A stretch of 35,541 bases of DNA from Octopus bimaculoides (Eukaryota): NCBI RefSeq assembly GCF_001194135.2, contig NC_069006.1, positions 19,140,885-19,176,425 of the forward strand. Direction: 5' to 3'. The position numbers and the translations under genes were made by a program. Positions 21,897 to 32,849 of this stretch are shown one piece after another (within the stretch, counting starts at the first letter, position 1; every line of letters begins with the position of its first letter). The notes under the pieces are model-generated. The model was not told where the DNA came from, ran no database searches, and worked only from the letters and a program-made list of their open reading frames with translations.

Positions 21897-22834
21897 GTAA
21901 GTGTTGGCACTTTTGTTATAGATGTTGTGGTTACTAGTGTTGTTGTTGCTGTTATTTGAATTTGATGTTGTCATTGGTACTATTCTATCTTTTATCTTTG
22001 ACCTGTTTCATTCATTAGACTGGGGCCATGCTGGGTTATCACCTTGTAGGGTTTAGTTGAAGAAATCGACTCCAGTGTGTATTCTATCAATCTCTTTTTG
22101 CTGAACTGTTAAGTTACAAGGGATGTAAATAAACCAACACCAGTTACCAAGTGGTGGTGAGCGGGGGGACAAACATGAATACAAAAGCACACACACATCT
22201 ACACACACACACACACACACACACATCTACACACGCACACACACACACACATATATTTTCCTTGTTTTAGTCATTGGACTGTTCCCTGCTGAAGCATCGT
22301 CTTGAAGGGATTTTAGCTCAAGGCACCTGTATGGATGACACATAAAAGATGGCCAGTACACTTCCCCAAGGTGCCACGGAGTGGGACTAAACCCAGAACC
22401 ATGTGGTTGGGAAGCAAGTGTCTTACCACACAGCCTCGCTTGCGCTTATGGTAAAACTTGGAAAGGAATGGGCACTGTCCCCCCTTTTCAGGCTAACTGT
22501 TAGTAATATCGTTGCATACATGAAATATATACATGTTCACTTGCACATTATGTACATAGGCATATGCGTGTGTGTGAGCTTTTGAAAGTACAGTCTAGAT
22601 TCACACACAGGCACAAACATGCACATCTATATATATATACTGGATATTTGGATTTACACATGTGTAAATCGTCTTTCACTCTCTCAAGGAAATGGCATTC
22701 TACTCTTAAATGTATTGAGGGCTCTTTCAGTTAATGTTGGATTGTTTTTACACATGGTTTTTACATAAAACATGCATGCATACACACACACAGCACACAC
22801 ACACAACACATTCATGCACACACGTTTGTGTGTC

Positions 22835-22911
<77 letters not shown>

Positions 22912-23154
22912 TTGTATGTATTTATATAGACAAGCATATAGGTATATTTGTGTATAAATCTATATATATATACATATTTACATAGGTATTTGCATATTTT
23001 TGTGTATATATATTTATATATATATATGTATGTGTGTGTGTGTGTGTGTGTGTAAATATATTCATATATATACATGCATAAATATATATACATATGTATG
23101 TGTGTTTATGTACACATGCATACATATATATATATATATATACCGGATATATGA

Positions 23155-23195
<41 letters not shown>

Positions 23196-23855
23196 AGTGT
23201 ATATCCCGTATATGAAGTAGCCATGTTTATCTCTCCTCCAATGAAGAGAAGAGATGATCAGTAAATCATTGAACAAGTTATTAAATCCCTGAAGCTACTG
23301 CGTCTCATCTTGTTCTTCCCCTTCAGTAGTCATTCCATTCTGGAAGCTTCCATGTGTAAACACATACTAATCCTCCCCACACCTTCCTCTCTTATCTCCC
23401 TCATCAACCAACAGGAGCACCAGAGATTGACAGAATGCTGGGAATTAATATCTCGCTGCAATATCTTAGTTTAAACAATAGCTAAATACAGCTCTATTAT
23501 TTGCATTGCTTTTATCAACAGCACCACTTTATTATTGCTTGTACATGGCCCATTGTTTTATGAATGGAATAAGTCTTTTTCTTTGGTTTTTTTTCTTTTT
23601 GTTTCACTAAAATATAGCCGTATATTCAAAAAGGAAAAGAAATAAGTTACATGAATTGGAAATATAAAAAGGATATTACTTTTTACCTTTGTATACATAG
23701 GCACAGGCATGACTGTGTGGTAAGAAGCTTGCTTCCCAACGACATGGTCCCAGGTTCAGTCCCACTATGTGGCACCTTTGCTATGTGTCTTCTTCTATAT
23801 CTTTCGGCTAACCAAAACTTTGTGAGTGGATTTGGTAGATGAGACCTGCTATATT

Positions 23856-24140
23856 TGTGGTGTATGCGTGCGAGTAGATGTAATCGGCTTACCTCGGTTT
23901 TCCTTCCAAGTACGAGTCTGTCCTGTGGTATCCGACCCTCGTGGCTCGCCCAACCCGAAGAACACTAGAAATAGCAGCTGCTTCTCCCAACACCTAGATG
24001 ATCGCTTGGCACGTCCTCTCCTCACAACAACCCCGTTCTAAAAGAGCACGAAATCCCGATCGAGGCTTCCTCTGCCCCTGTTGCTCTTCCGGTCAGCTCG
24101 CCGTTCCGGTCAGCTCCCCAGTCGCTGACGTCATACCACA
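23856..24140. mobile_element. Probable solo LTR (285 bp)
   Basis: TGTGGT...ACCACA termini, 5-bp TSD ATATT (23851-23855 and 24141-24145), GC- and CpG-rich interior, no ORF. Confidence 0.75.
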
Positions 24141-24190
24141 ATATTTATATACGATTCCACCAGCTCACTGCCTTAAACATCTACTTAATA

Positions 24191-24404
24191 ATGGTTTCAA
24201 ATTTTGGCACAAGGCCAGCAATTTTGGGGGGAGGGGGTAAGTCAATTGCATTGACCCTCAGCATTCAACTGGTACTTATTTTATTAACTCTGAAAGGATG
24301 ACAGGCAAAATCAACCTCAGCAGAATTTGAACTCACAACCTAAAGACAGATGAAATGCCACTAAGCATTTTGCCCAGCATGCTAACAATTCTGCCAGCTC
24401 ACCA
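24191..24404 (-). mobile_element. SINE family 'D', full length with tail
   Basis: GGTTTCAAATTTTGGCACAAGGCCAGC..ATTTGAACTC..TTCTGCCAGCTCACC. Confidence 0.85.
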
Positions 24405-24559
24405 CATACACATATCCTCGTCTTAATGTCTATTTTCCCATGCTTGAACAAGTCGGATGGAGTTTGTTGGAGCAGGTTTTCTATGGCTTAATGCCCTTCC
24501 TGTTGCCAACCCTCTCCTGTTTACAAGCAAACTAATATTTTCCACATAGTTAGACATGT

Positions 24560-24965
24560 GTTGTTTCTTTCAGTCATTTACTGCGGCCATGCTGGGGCAC
24601 CATGTTGAAGGCTCATAGTTGAACAAATCGACCCCAGTACAGTTTTTTTTTTTATGTCTGTTACTTATTCTATTAGTGCTGTTTGCTGAACTGCTAAGTT
24701 ATGGGGATGTAAACAAACCAACACCAATTGTCAAGCACTGATGGTGTGCATACAGATACAAAGCCACACACTGATAGATGTATATACATCATCATCATTT
24801 AACTATGTATGTGTGTGTATTTATATACAAACACACAACAGGCTTCCACATAATTTCCATCTACCAAATTCACTCAAAAGGCATTGGTTGGCCTTGGGCT
24901 CCTATATAAGACACTTGCCCAAGGTGCCACACAGTGGAAATGAACTTGAAACCATGTGGTTGCAA
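24560..24965 (-). mobile_element. Bipartite SINE family 'A', older copy
   Basis: Tail at 24560-24760 and head at 24835-24965, separated by a microsatellite spacer. Confidence 0.8.
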
Positions 24966-24994
24966 GATTTATGATTATCATCCTATATTAGGAC

Positions 24995-25200
24995 ACTCTA
25001 CTACTACTACTACTACTACTACTACTAGACAACGATAACCACCTCCACCACCAACACCATTATTGCTGCATCACCACCAGCACACTGTTACCACCACCAT
25101 CAGCATCACCACCACCACTACCACTACCTCTATGACCAGCATCACCACCACCACTACCACTACGACCAGCATCACCACCACCATCACCACTACTATACCA
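24995..25200. repeat. (CTA)n/(CAC)n degenerate trinucleotide tract
   Basis: Read directly, about 95 nt upstream of exon 4. Confidence 0.9.
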
Positions 25201-25294
25201 TTTCATTATTTGGTCATTTGCGATTAAAATGATATAATCTTAGCTTCTCTTTTTATATTGTGAATAACATCAGTTATTTTCCTCTCACTTGCAG

Positions 25295-25543
25295 ACTTCA
25301 TTGACATCGTGACCGATGCGGTACCCGGCAGTGAATACAAGAAAGAGGAGGACCCAACGCTTTATCAGTCAGTGAAGACCAGCCGCGGCCCTCTGACTGA
25401 TACTTGGCGGGAAGAATACTCAAACTATTGTCGCAATGGTCCAACTGCTATCCACGCTATAATGACGGCTTACAAGTTGTGTAAAGTAGAGTTTAGATAC
25501 TGGGGGATGCAGACAAAAATTGAGAGATTTATTCATGATATCG
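25295..25543 (+). CDS. PITPNM: PITPNM-like coding exon 4: (D)FIDIVTDAVPGSEYKKEEDPTLYQSVKTSRGPL...MTAYKLCKVEFRYWGMQTKIERFIHDI(G)
   Basis: Acceptor CTCTCACTTGCAG, donor CG|GTGAGT, 249 nt, phase 1 to 1. Confidence 0.97.
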
Positions 25544-25628
25544 GTGAGTTTACCTTTCTGTTTTATTACTAAAGCAATTAGTTCAATATTGAGACCTTCA
25601 TATTTTTATTATTGGAAAGGCTTTTTAA

Positions 25629-25730
25629 CCCTTCAGCATTTAAACTGGCCAAGTCCAGTCTAAATATTCTGTCTGTTTTATATCTAAATTGGCCAGATTC
25701 AGCTTCTTACACCTACTCTGCAATGTCGTT
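25629..25730 (+). mobile_element. piggyBac-like MITE, copy 5 (left half only)
   Basis: TTAA|CCCTTCAGCATTTAAACTGGCC. Ends where a SINE begins. Confidence 0.75.
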
Positions 25731-25930
25731 GTGTGAAGGCATGTGGCTCAGTGGTTAGAGTGTCGGGATCACAATCATGAGGTAGTGAGTTCGTTTCCCG
25801 GACCCAGCTGTGTGTTGTGTTCTTGAACAAGACACTCTATTTCATGTTGCTCCAGTTCACTCAGCTGTAGAAATGAGTTGCAACATCACTGGTGCCAAGC
25901 TGTATCAGCCCCTTTGCCTTCTCGTTTCAC
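25731..25930 (+). mobile_element. tRNA-derived SINE family 'C'
   Basis: TGGCTCAGTGG A-box, GAGTTCGTTTCC B-box-like, central TTGAACAAGACAC..GCTCCAGTTCACTCAGCTG. Confidence 0.85.
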
Positions 25931-25941
25931 AAATATAAAAT

Positions 25942-26325
25942 TACTCTTTTACTCTTTTACTTGTTTCAATCATTTGACTGCGGTCATGCTGGAGCACCGC
26001 CTTTTAGTCGAGCAAATCGACCCCAGGACTTATTCTCTGTAAGCCTAGTACTTATTCTATCGGTCTCTTTTGCCAAACCGCTAAGTTACGGGGATGTAAA
26101 CATACCAGCATCGGTCGTCAAATGATGTTGGGGGGACAAACACAGACACACTCACACACACATATACAACGGGCTTCTTTCAGTTTCCGTCTAACAAATC
26201 CACTAACAAGGCTTTGGTCGGCCCGAGGCTATAGTAGAAGACACTTGCCCAAGGTGCCACGCAGTGGGACTGAACCCGGAACCATGTGGTTGGTAAGCAA
26301 GCTACTTACCACACAGCCACTCCTG
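25942..26325 (-). mobile_element. Full-length bipartite SINE family 'A'
   Basis: The head differs from the 13635 copy at 6 of about 160 nt by manual alignment. Confidence 0.9.
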
Positions 26326-26364
26326 AAAAATTATAAAACAAAACCTTTTTTTTTTAACTCAAAG

Positions 26365-26709
26365 GTTTACGGAAAACTATGCTTCGTGCTCACCGTCAAG
26401 CTTGGTGTTGGCAAGATGAATATTATGGGTTGACCTTGGAAGATATTCGTCACCTAGAAAGAGAGACACAAGCTGCACTGGCTGAGAAAATGGCCAATGC
26501 TAATGACAACGTTGAACCAATTGACAGCAAGAAGCTGACCATGCCTAAAACCAGCACAACAGATATACCTCTGACCTCGTCTCATTCTTCTGATGCCATT
26601 CACAGCTGTCTTTCAAAGACATCACCATACGCTAGTATTCCGGACCATCTGTCAAATACAGACACATTGACCTCAACTCACTCTTTTGGATCTAAAAAGT
26701 CTGTTGCAG
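26365..26709 (+). CDS. PITPNM: PITPNM-like coding exon 5: (G)LRKTMLRAHRQAWCWQDEYYGLTLEDIRHLERETQAALAEKMA plus Ser/Thr-rich linker to KKSVA
   Basis: Acceptor T-run..CTCAAAG, donor CAG|GTAAGT, 345 nt, phase 1 to 1. HRQAWCWQD is characteristic of Nir2/rdgB. Confidence 0.97.
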
Positions 26710-26770
26710 GTAAGTTTGAATCTTAAATCCGACTTTCTCTTTGGAATGTAATGGGCTATTTTTATTCTCA

Positions 26771-27700
26771 GATATCACACGAGGTTATATAACTAATATC
26801 ACTGTGTTATAATATTAAGCTATAACAATAGGATATAAGACTGAAATATCATACTGGGTTTATAACACTGGGATGTAACACTTGGATGTAGTATGTAACG
26901 TTGAGGTGTAACACTGGAATATAACACTGTGTTATAATATTGAAATATAGCTCTGAAAAAATACTGGAAGATAACACTGAGATATAGCATAGAAATATAA
27001 CAGATATATAACACTGGGATACAATACTGGGTTATAATAATGAGATATAACACTGGGATATGGCACTGAGATATAACAGATATATAATACTAGGATACAA
27101 TGTTTGGTTATAATACCGAGATATAACACTGAGGTATAATACTGGGATAGCATATGAGGATATAACACTGGGTTATAACACTAAGACACTGGATATAACA
27201 TTGGTTTATAATAATTGGCTTATATTGTGAGATATAGGAAATGAGACAATTTGGCATAGCTGTTTGAATACTGGCAATTTGGCACAGCTGACTGGACATT
27301 CAACCTGTTTTAGTGACAGTATGTTTTGGCATTGGAAGCTGTTCGCACACAAACATGCACATGTAGAAATATTCACATACAAAGAGAGTGAGAGAGAGAA
27401 AGAGAGTATACACATACATACGCAGTTAACTAGATGCTCCCACACATAAAAGAAAGAGAGAGCTGAGATGCAGGAATGAGAGAAACATTACAACATTCGA
27501 TGTCAAATAAGTCAGCTTCAAATCAGTGGCACCAAATAGGCAATGCCGAATAGACAGTGTCAAAAGGGCTGTGCCAAATTGTCTCGATACCCTGGGATAT
27601 AATATTAGGATATAACTCTAACTCTATATAACACGAGGCGGATAACACACTGAGTTATAATGCAGAGATAACACTGGGATATAACATTGCAACACTTGTT
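26771..27700. repeat. GATATAACACTG(G/A)-type minisatellite (units of about 13-14 nt), split by a TIR element; a second array of about 16-17 nt units follows at 27700-27910
   Basis: Repeated ATATAACACTGGG/GAG units at 26771-27236 and 27590-27700. Confidence 0.85.
27243..27585. mobile_element. MITE-like element, superfamily unassigned
   Basis: GAGACAATTTGGCATAGC (27243-27260) and GCTGTGCCAAATTGTCTC (27568-27585) pair at 17 of 18 positions. No TSD seen. Confidence 0.6.
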
Positions 27701-28265
27701 ATACACACACCTCCTTATGCACTTACCTCTTTATACACTCACCTCTTTATACATCTACTGTTTTTATACACATCTTTATGCACTCACCTCTTTATGTGTT
27801 CACCTCTTCATGCACTTATCTATTTAGATACTCTCCTCTTTTTACACCCATATCTTTATGCACCCACTGCTTCGTATACCCAGCTCTTTATACACTTACA
27901 TCTTTATATATATATATCCACTTCTTTTTCTTTCGTAATCCCTCCTGCATCTTCTCACCCTGATTCTACATTCAACACAAGTTGAACCCTTCCTTCCTAG
28001 AACTGCCTCCCCACTACAGCTTCCTAACTGTATCAAAGCCTGCAGAAGTCTAAACTGAAACCCACCTACATTAACTTCACTGACCAGAGAAGATCTGCAA
28101 GAGCTCTAGCTCTGGGCGCTGTCTTCTTTTTCTTAACTAAACGATTTCTTATTTTAATCACAATATTCAGCAGCAAACTATTTTTTTTATTCACATTTCA
28201 TTTTTTTAAAGATTGCTCTCTTTTTGTTCTGTATTGTGTTTATTATAAACAATTGCTTGTTTTAG

Positions 28266-28310
28266 ATCAGGAAAACCAGTCAACTGATTCCACACATGAA
28301 ATCCAAAGGG
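28266..28310 (+). CDS. PITPNM: Candidate 45-nt in-frame cassette exon: (D)QENQSTDSTHEIQR
   Basis: Long pyrimidine tract plus TTTTAG, stop-free, phase 1 to 1 matching both neighbours, donor GG|GTTTGT. No homology support. Confidence 0.55.
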
Positions 28311-28545
28311 GTTTGTATATAGCCTAGCCATGGAGCTTTTGCAGTTTTTTTTTTTTAGAATGTAGTTTTGCTGTGGCACATGCTCTCAAACTTGCCATCA
28401 TATGCAGAATTTAACATTTCCTGGCTTTTTTTTAGTTTTTTAGTATACATACACACACACACACATATATATGTATGTGTATATAGGATGATGATGATGA
28501 TGATATGTATGATATATATATATGATATATTATATNNNNNNNNNN

Positions 28546-28595
<50 letters not shown>

Positions 28596-30059
28596 TCTGA
28601 CCATTGCTAGATGGCATTTTGTGAAGAAGGAATGGATATTGAACACAATGCTTCCATATTATCAATTATTGCTACAATAGTCTGATATTTCCAAACTGTT
28701 GACTTCATCTTTCCAATTTCTGTCTTCCACATAGCGTTTTCTGCAGTATTGCCTCTCATTATCTTCAGTTAGTTTATACAGATATACACACACATATACA
28801 TACATGTATAGACATAGATACACACAAAGGTGGACGTGCATGCATGCGCAAAAAGGCTTCTTTGAGCTTCTGTTTACTAAATCTACTCACAAGGCTTTGG
28901 TCAGCCCAAAACTGTTTTAGTTGCTTTCCAAACCCTATGCTTTTGGGTTCAAGTGGGATTGGATCTGATACCAAACGGTTAGGAAGTAAGCATCTTAACC
29001 AAACCACCATACCTGAATCTATACACCTGTACATACATGCACTCATAAACATGCGCAAGGAAACTGTTTATGCCTGCTTCCCTGAGCTAGCATGGTGTAC
29101 AGAATCTGCATGCTTTCTGTATGCAAACCAGCAGGGCTTTGCTCTGAGCACCCTAATTTGCTCACAGTGAATGTACTGCCTCCTTGGACTCTCAGTGAAG
29201 AGCACCCTTGGAAGAGCGGTGCATGCCACAATGGCCAGGAAATTAATATAGACCTCTGTCATCTGGTACTTACAGCATATCCATCGCTAAGGGGGTGCAC
29301 TGGATGGCACTGCCCCCTCACTATCCAACTATTCAATGGTACACCCTCAGATTTACGGTGATACACTTATTTCAAAACTCCACTTTAGCATTATTACAAA
29401 TTAATGCCCGTCCTGAATATTCCGAAGTATCCCACTCAGGTACCAAAGTCTGGCAACAGACCTGACAAACAGTGACAACAGTTTTCATCTGCCAAATCCA
29501 TTCACAAAGCTTTAGTTGGCCTGACACTATAGTAGAAGACAATTGCCCAAAGACATCGCACAGTGGGACTGAACCCAGAACCATGTGGTTAGGAAGCAAG
29601 CTTCTTAACCACACAACATCTGAGTGTAGATAACGTTAATGAAGACAACCAAAAAATACACCAACTGAAATGTTATGTGGTATATAAAATGTGGAAGATG
29701 AAGTTGAAAGTGGAGAAATTTCAAGCTACACAGTGCTTCTTCATCTTAAGAACATTTAAAAGCTGCTCTGCACACATTGTATGATTTGACTGCATATATT
29801 TGCATGTTAAGTAGCACACAGTGAGGCACCTCAGCTGTTCCAGTTTTTAATTCTGCTCAATTGTTTTTTCCTTCCCCCTGGATGTTAGAAAAACAATGAC
29901 AATTTCTCTGTTATCTGCAATCTCTTCCCCAACTATGGCTATCTTGTATTTTAACTGTGGAAATTAAAATTAGAAAATAAAATACAATAAAAACCATTTG
30001 CTTTTACATTACTGTCTCAAGTCCTAGGACTCAATAAAAGGTGGTTATCCGGTTTTTAA

Positions 30060-30288
30060 GGTGTAAAAGTGACCACAATCACAACATTCCTCCTGAATAG
30101 GATGCTAGTCCATCATAGGGTTAACTTCTCGGCTATTACTGGAACCCATTTACAACTGAGTGAACTAGAGTAACTTGAAATGAAGTGTTTTCTTCAAGAA
30201 TACAATGCACCGTCTAGTCCAGGAATTGAAACCACAATCTAGAAGTCACGAGTGCAACATCCTAACGACTAGGTCAAATGTCTTCACA
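30060..30288 (-). mobile_element. SINE with family 'C' head and a different tail
   Basis: On the minus strand: tRNA-like head, TTGAAGAAAACAC..CTCTAGTTCACTCAGTTGTAAATGGG, then AACCCTATGATGGACTAGCATCC. Confidence 0.75.
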
Positions 30289-30607
30289 ACAAAAAATCAT
30301 TTCAAATATAAAATATATGAATGGACAGGAAGGTCTCATTTCCTGGTTTGTGATATTAAAAATGATTGTGGTATATTTTTTTCACTATGTGAAATGTCCT
30401 TATATGAAGCTATTTATCCTAGAGTCGTGTATATCTCTTAAATGACAATTTTCTTTTTAATTTCTGCAGTTAAAATACTCTTATGCCAAGATGAATTTTA
30501 AAATGCTAAAATGTATAATTGAAATATTGTTTATGCCAGTAAGAACCTAGAACCTTTGAGAGATGTGAAATAATTTGTTTCTAATGGTGGAGCTCATTGT
30601 AGATACT

Positions 30608-30832
30608 GCTACAAATAGCCATTTCTGCTACAGGCACAAGGCTTGAAATTTTGGTGGGAGATGGCTTGTCAATTATATCAGCCCCTGTGCTCAACTAGCA
30701 TTTATTTTATTGACCTTGAAAGGACGAAGGGCAAAGTCGATCTCTGTAGAATTTGAACTCCAAACATAAAGCCAGAAAAAATGCTGATAGATATTTTGTG
30801 TGACACACTAACAATTCTGTCAGCTTGCTACC
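30608..30832 (-). mobile_element. SINE family 'D', old copy
   Basis: GGCACAAGGC..GGCAAAGTCGA..ATTTGAACTC..ACAATTCTGTCAGCT. Confidence 0.75.
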
Positions 30833-30849
30833 TTTATAATGCTATAAAT

Positions 30850-31127
30850 CAGAGGTTTTCAAACTGTGGTCTGCGGACCACAGGGGGTCCGCAAGGACAA
30901 GACACGGGGTCCGTGGACAGCAAATACTTTTTATGGGCAATTTGATTTTATATATGTTTTTTAATCAAAATCTTTTAATTGACAAACCTATTTGTTAAAT
31001 ACTGTTAAATAAATAAATGTAAAAATATGTTATTTTAAGCAAATATTTATGTATAAATTTCATAAGCGTTTAAGGTAAAGCCTGAAATGTAAAGGGGTCC
31101 GCAAGTCAAAAAGTTTGAAAACCCCTG
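30850..31127. mobile_element. hAT-superfamily MITE (278 bp) with perfect 8-bp TSD
   Basis: TIRs CAGAGGTTTTCAAACT / AGTTTGAAAACCCCTG (15 of 16), TSD CTATAAAT at 30842-30849 and 31128-31135, subterminal GGGGTCCG repeats. Confidence 0.92.
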
Positions 31128-32051
31128 CTATAAATAATGATTTCAAATTCTGGCACAAGGCCAGCAATTTCAGGGTTGGGGATAAATAACAATTCTGCCA
31201 GTTCACCACTTTAAATGCTATGAATAATAGCATGTAAATACTGGATTAAGAAACCCTTTGAATAGAAAAAGTCAATGGCTGATCCTTCTAGCCAAAAAGT
31301 CTTTGATCCGATATTTCCTGCCATTATTTATTGCTTTATCTACTTCGAGTTCCATCATTAATAACGAATTATATTAAAATATTTTTTTTGTCTTCAACTA
31401 GACAAAAGAATATCTAAGCTGAAGCTGTTTATCCTGTTGTGTAATAGTTATAATTGTTCAGTAACGTAGCTTTCAGTTTGATTAGCTCATTCAACACCAG
31501 TCCACCTGAAACCACTTCTAGCAAAGTTTGTTCATATAGTGTAATTTTTCCATGCCAGTATGGGTTAGATGGGGAATTATTTTGAGGCAGGATTTTACAG
31601 CCAGATGCTCTTCCGACAGGCTTTTTAAATGAAGGATTTTTTAAATATTTCACCAGTCTTTGAAAGTGCCTAGTGAGCAGTTGTAATGGCACCAAGGATT
31701 GTAAGCATCATGTCATACTTTTGCTTAGACAATATCCAGAAAAACCATAAGATTCTCACATTTACATGCACGCACACTCATGCACACACACACATAGATA
31801 CAAACATATACACACATATAGATACAAATACACACACACACACACTTGTTAACAGTTGGCTTCCATACAGTTTCCATCTACCAAATGCACTCGCAAAGCT
31901 TCGGTCAGCCCAGGGCTGGAGTAGATGATACTTGCCCAAGATGCTGCACTGTGGGACTGCACCTCAAATTATGCAGTTGTGAAATAAACCTCTTTTCTTT
32001 TCTATGTGACAGGACTTTCTTTCCTTCCTAATGAAATATAAGAATAACTAA

Positions 32052-32386
32052 CTGGCACTCTGTTAGTTAGATGACGAATAGCATCAGTGGAACAACCAGC
32101 TCATGAAATTAATATACAAGTGGCTGAGTACTCCATAGACATGAGTACCCCATAGACATGAGTACCCTTAATGTAGTTCTCAATGAGATTCAGTGTGACA
32201 CAGAGTATGACAAGGCTAACCCTTTGGAATATGGGTTTTACTCATTTTTGTCAGCTGAGTGGACTGGAGCAATGTGAAATAAAGTGTCTTGCTCAAGGAC
32301 ATCACATGCTACTGTGTATGGAATTTGTGACCTTATGATCATGATCCAAGCAAAACACCTTAACAACTAAGCCATGAACCTTCACA
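32052..32386 (-). mobile_element. Chimeric SINE: family 'C' head plus family 'B' 3' half
   Basis: The reverse complement of 32052-32230 aligns to 19265-19435. The reverse complement of 32240-32386 aligns to 25731-25880. Confidence 0.75.
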
Positions 32387-32463
32387 ATAAAATATAAAAC
32401 ATACACTGTGTCAATGCTCCACAACTTTTTTTTCTATTTGTGGTACGCTTTATATTCTTTTCA

Positions 32464-32849
32464 GGTGGAGGCGCAATGGCCCAGTGGTTAGGGCAGTGGA
32501 CTCGCGGTCATAGGATTACGGTTTCGATTCCCAGACCGGGCGTTGTGAGTGTTTATTGAGCAAAAACACCTAAAGCTCCACGAGGCTCCGGCAGGGGATG
32601 GTGGCGAACCCTGCTGTACTCTTTCACCACAATTTACTCTCATTCTTACTTCCTGTTTCTGTTGTGCCTGTAATTCAAAGGGTCAGCCTTGTCACACTGT
32701 GTCACCCTGAATATTCCCGAGAACTACGTTAAGGGTACACGTGTCTGTGGAGTGCTCAGCCACTTGCACGTTAATTTCACGAGCAGGCTGTTCCATTGAT
32801 CGGATCAACTGGAACTCTCAACGTTGTAAGCGACAGAGTGCCAACAACA
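32464..32849 (+). mobile_element. SINE family 'B', full length, 12-bp TSD
   Basis: ATATTCTTTTCA at 32452-32463 and 32850-32861. Roughly 90% identical to 19054-19458 by eye. Confidence 0.92.

Noticed and set aside
27960-28125. Possible additional linker exon
   Set aside because: Each acceptor tested in phase 1 reaches a stop or only very weak donors (GTATCA, GTCTAA).
29065-29360. GC-richer block with overlapping ORFs on both strands
   Set aside because: No splice-compatible frame and no domain. Short repeats (GAGCACCCT twice, GGGGGTGCAC..TGCCCCC) suggest an unidentified transposon remnant.
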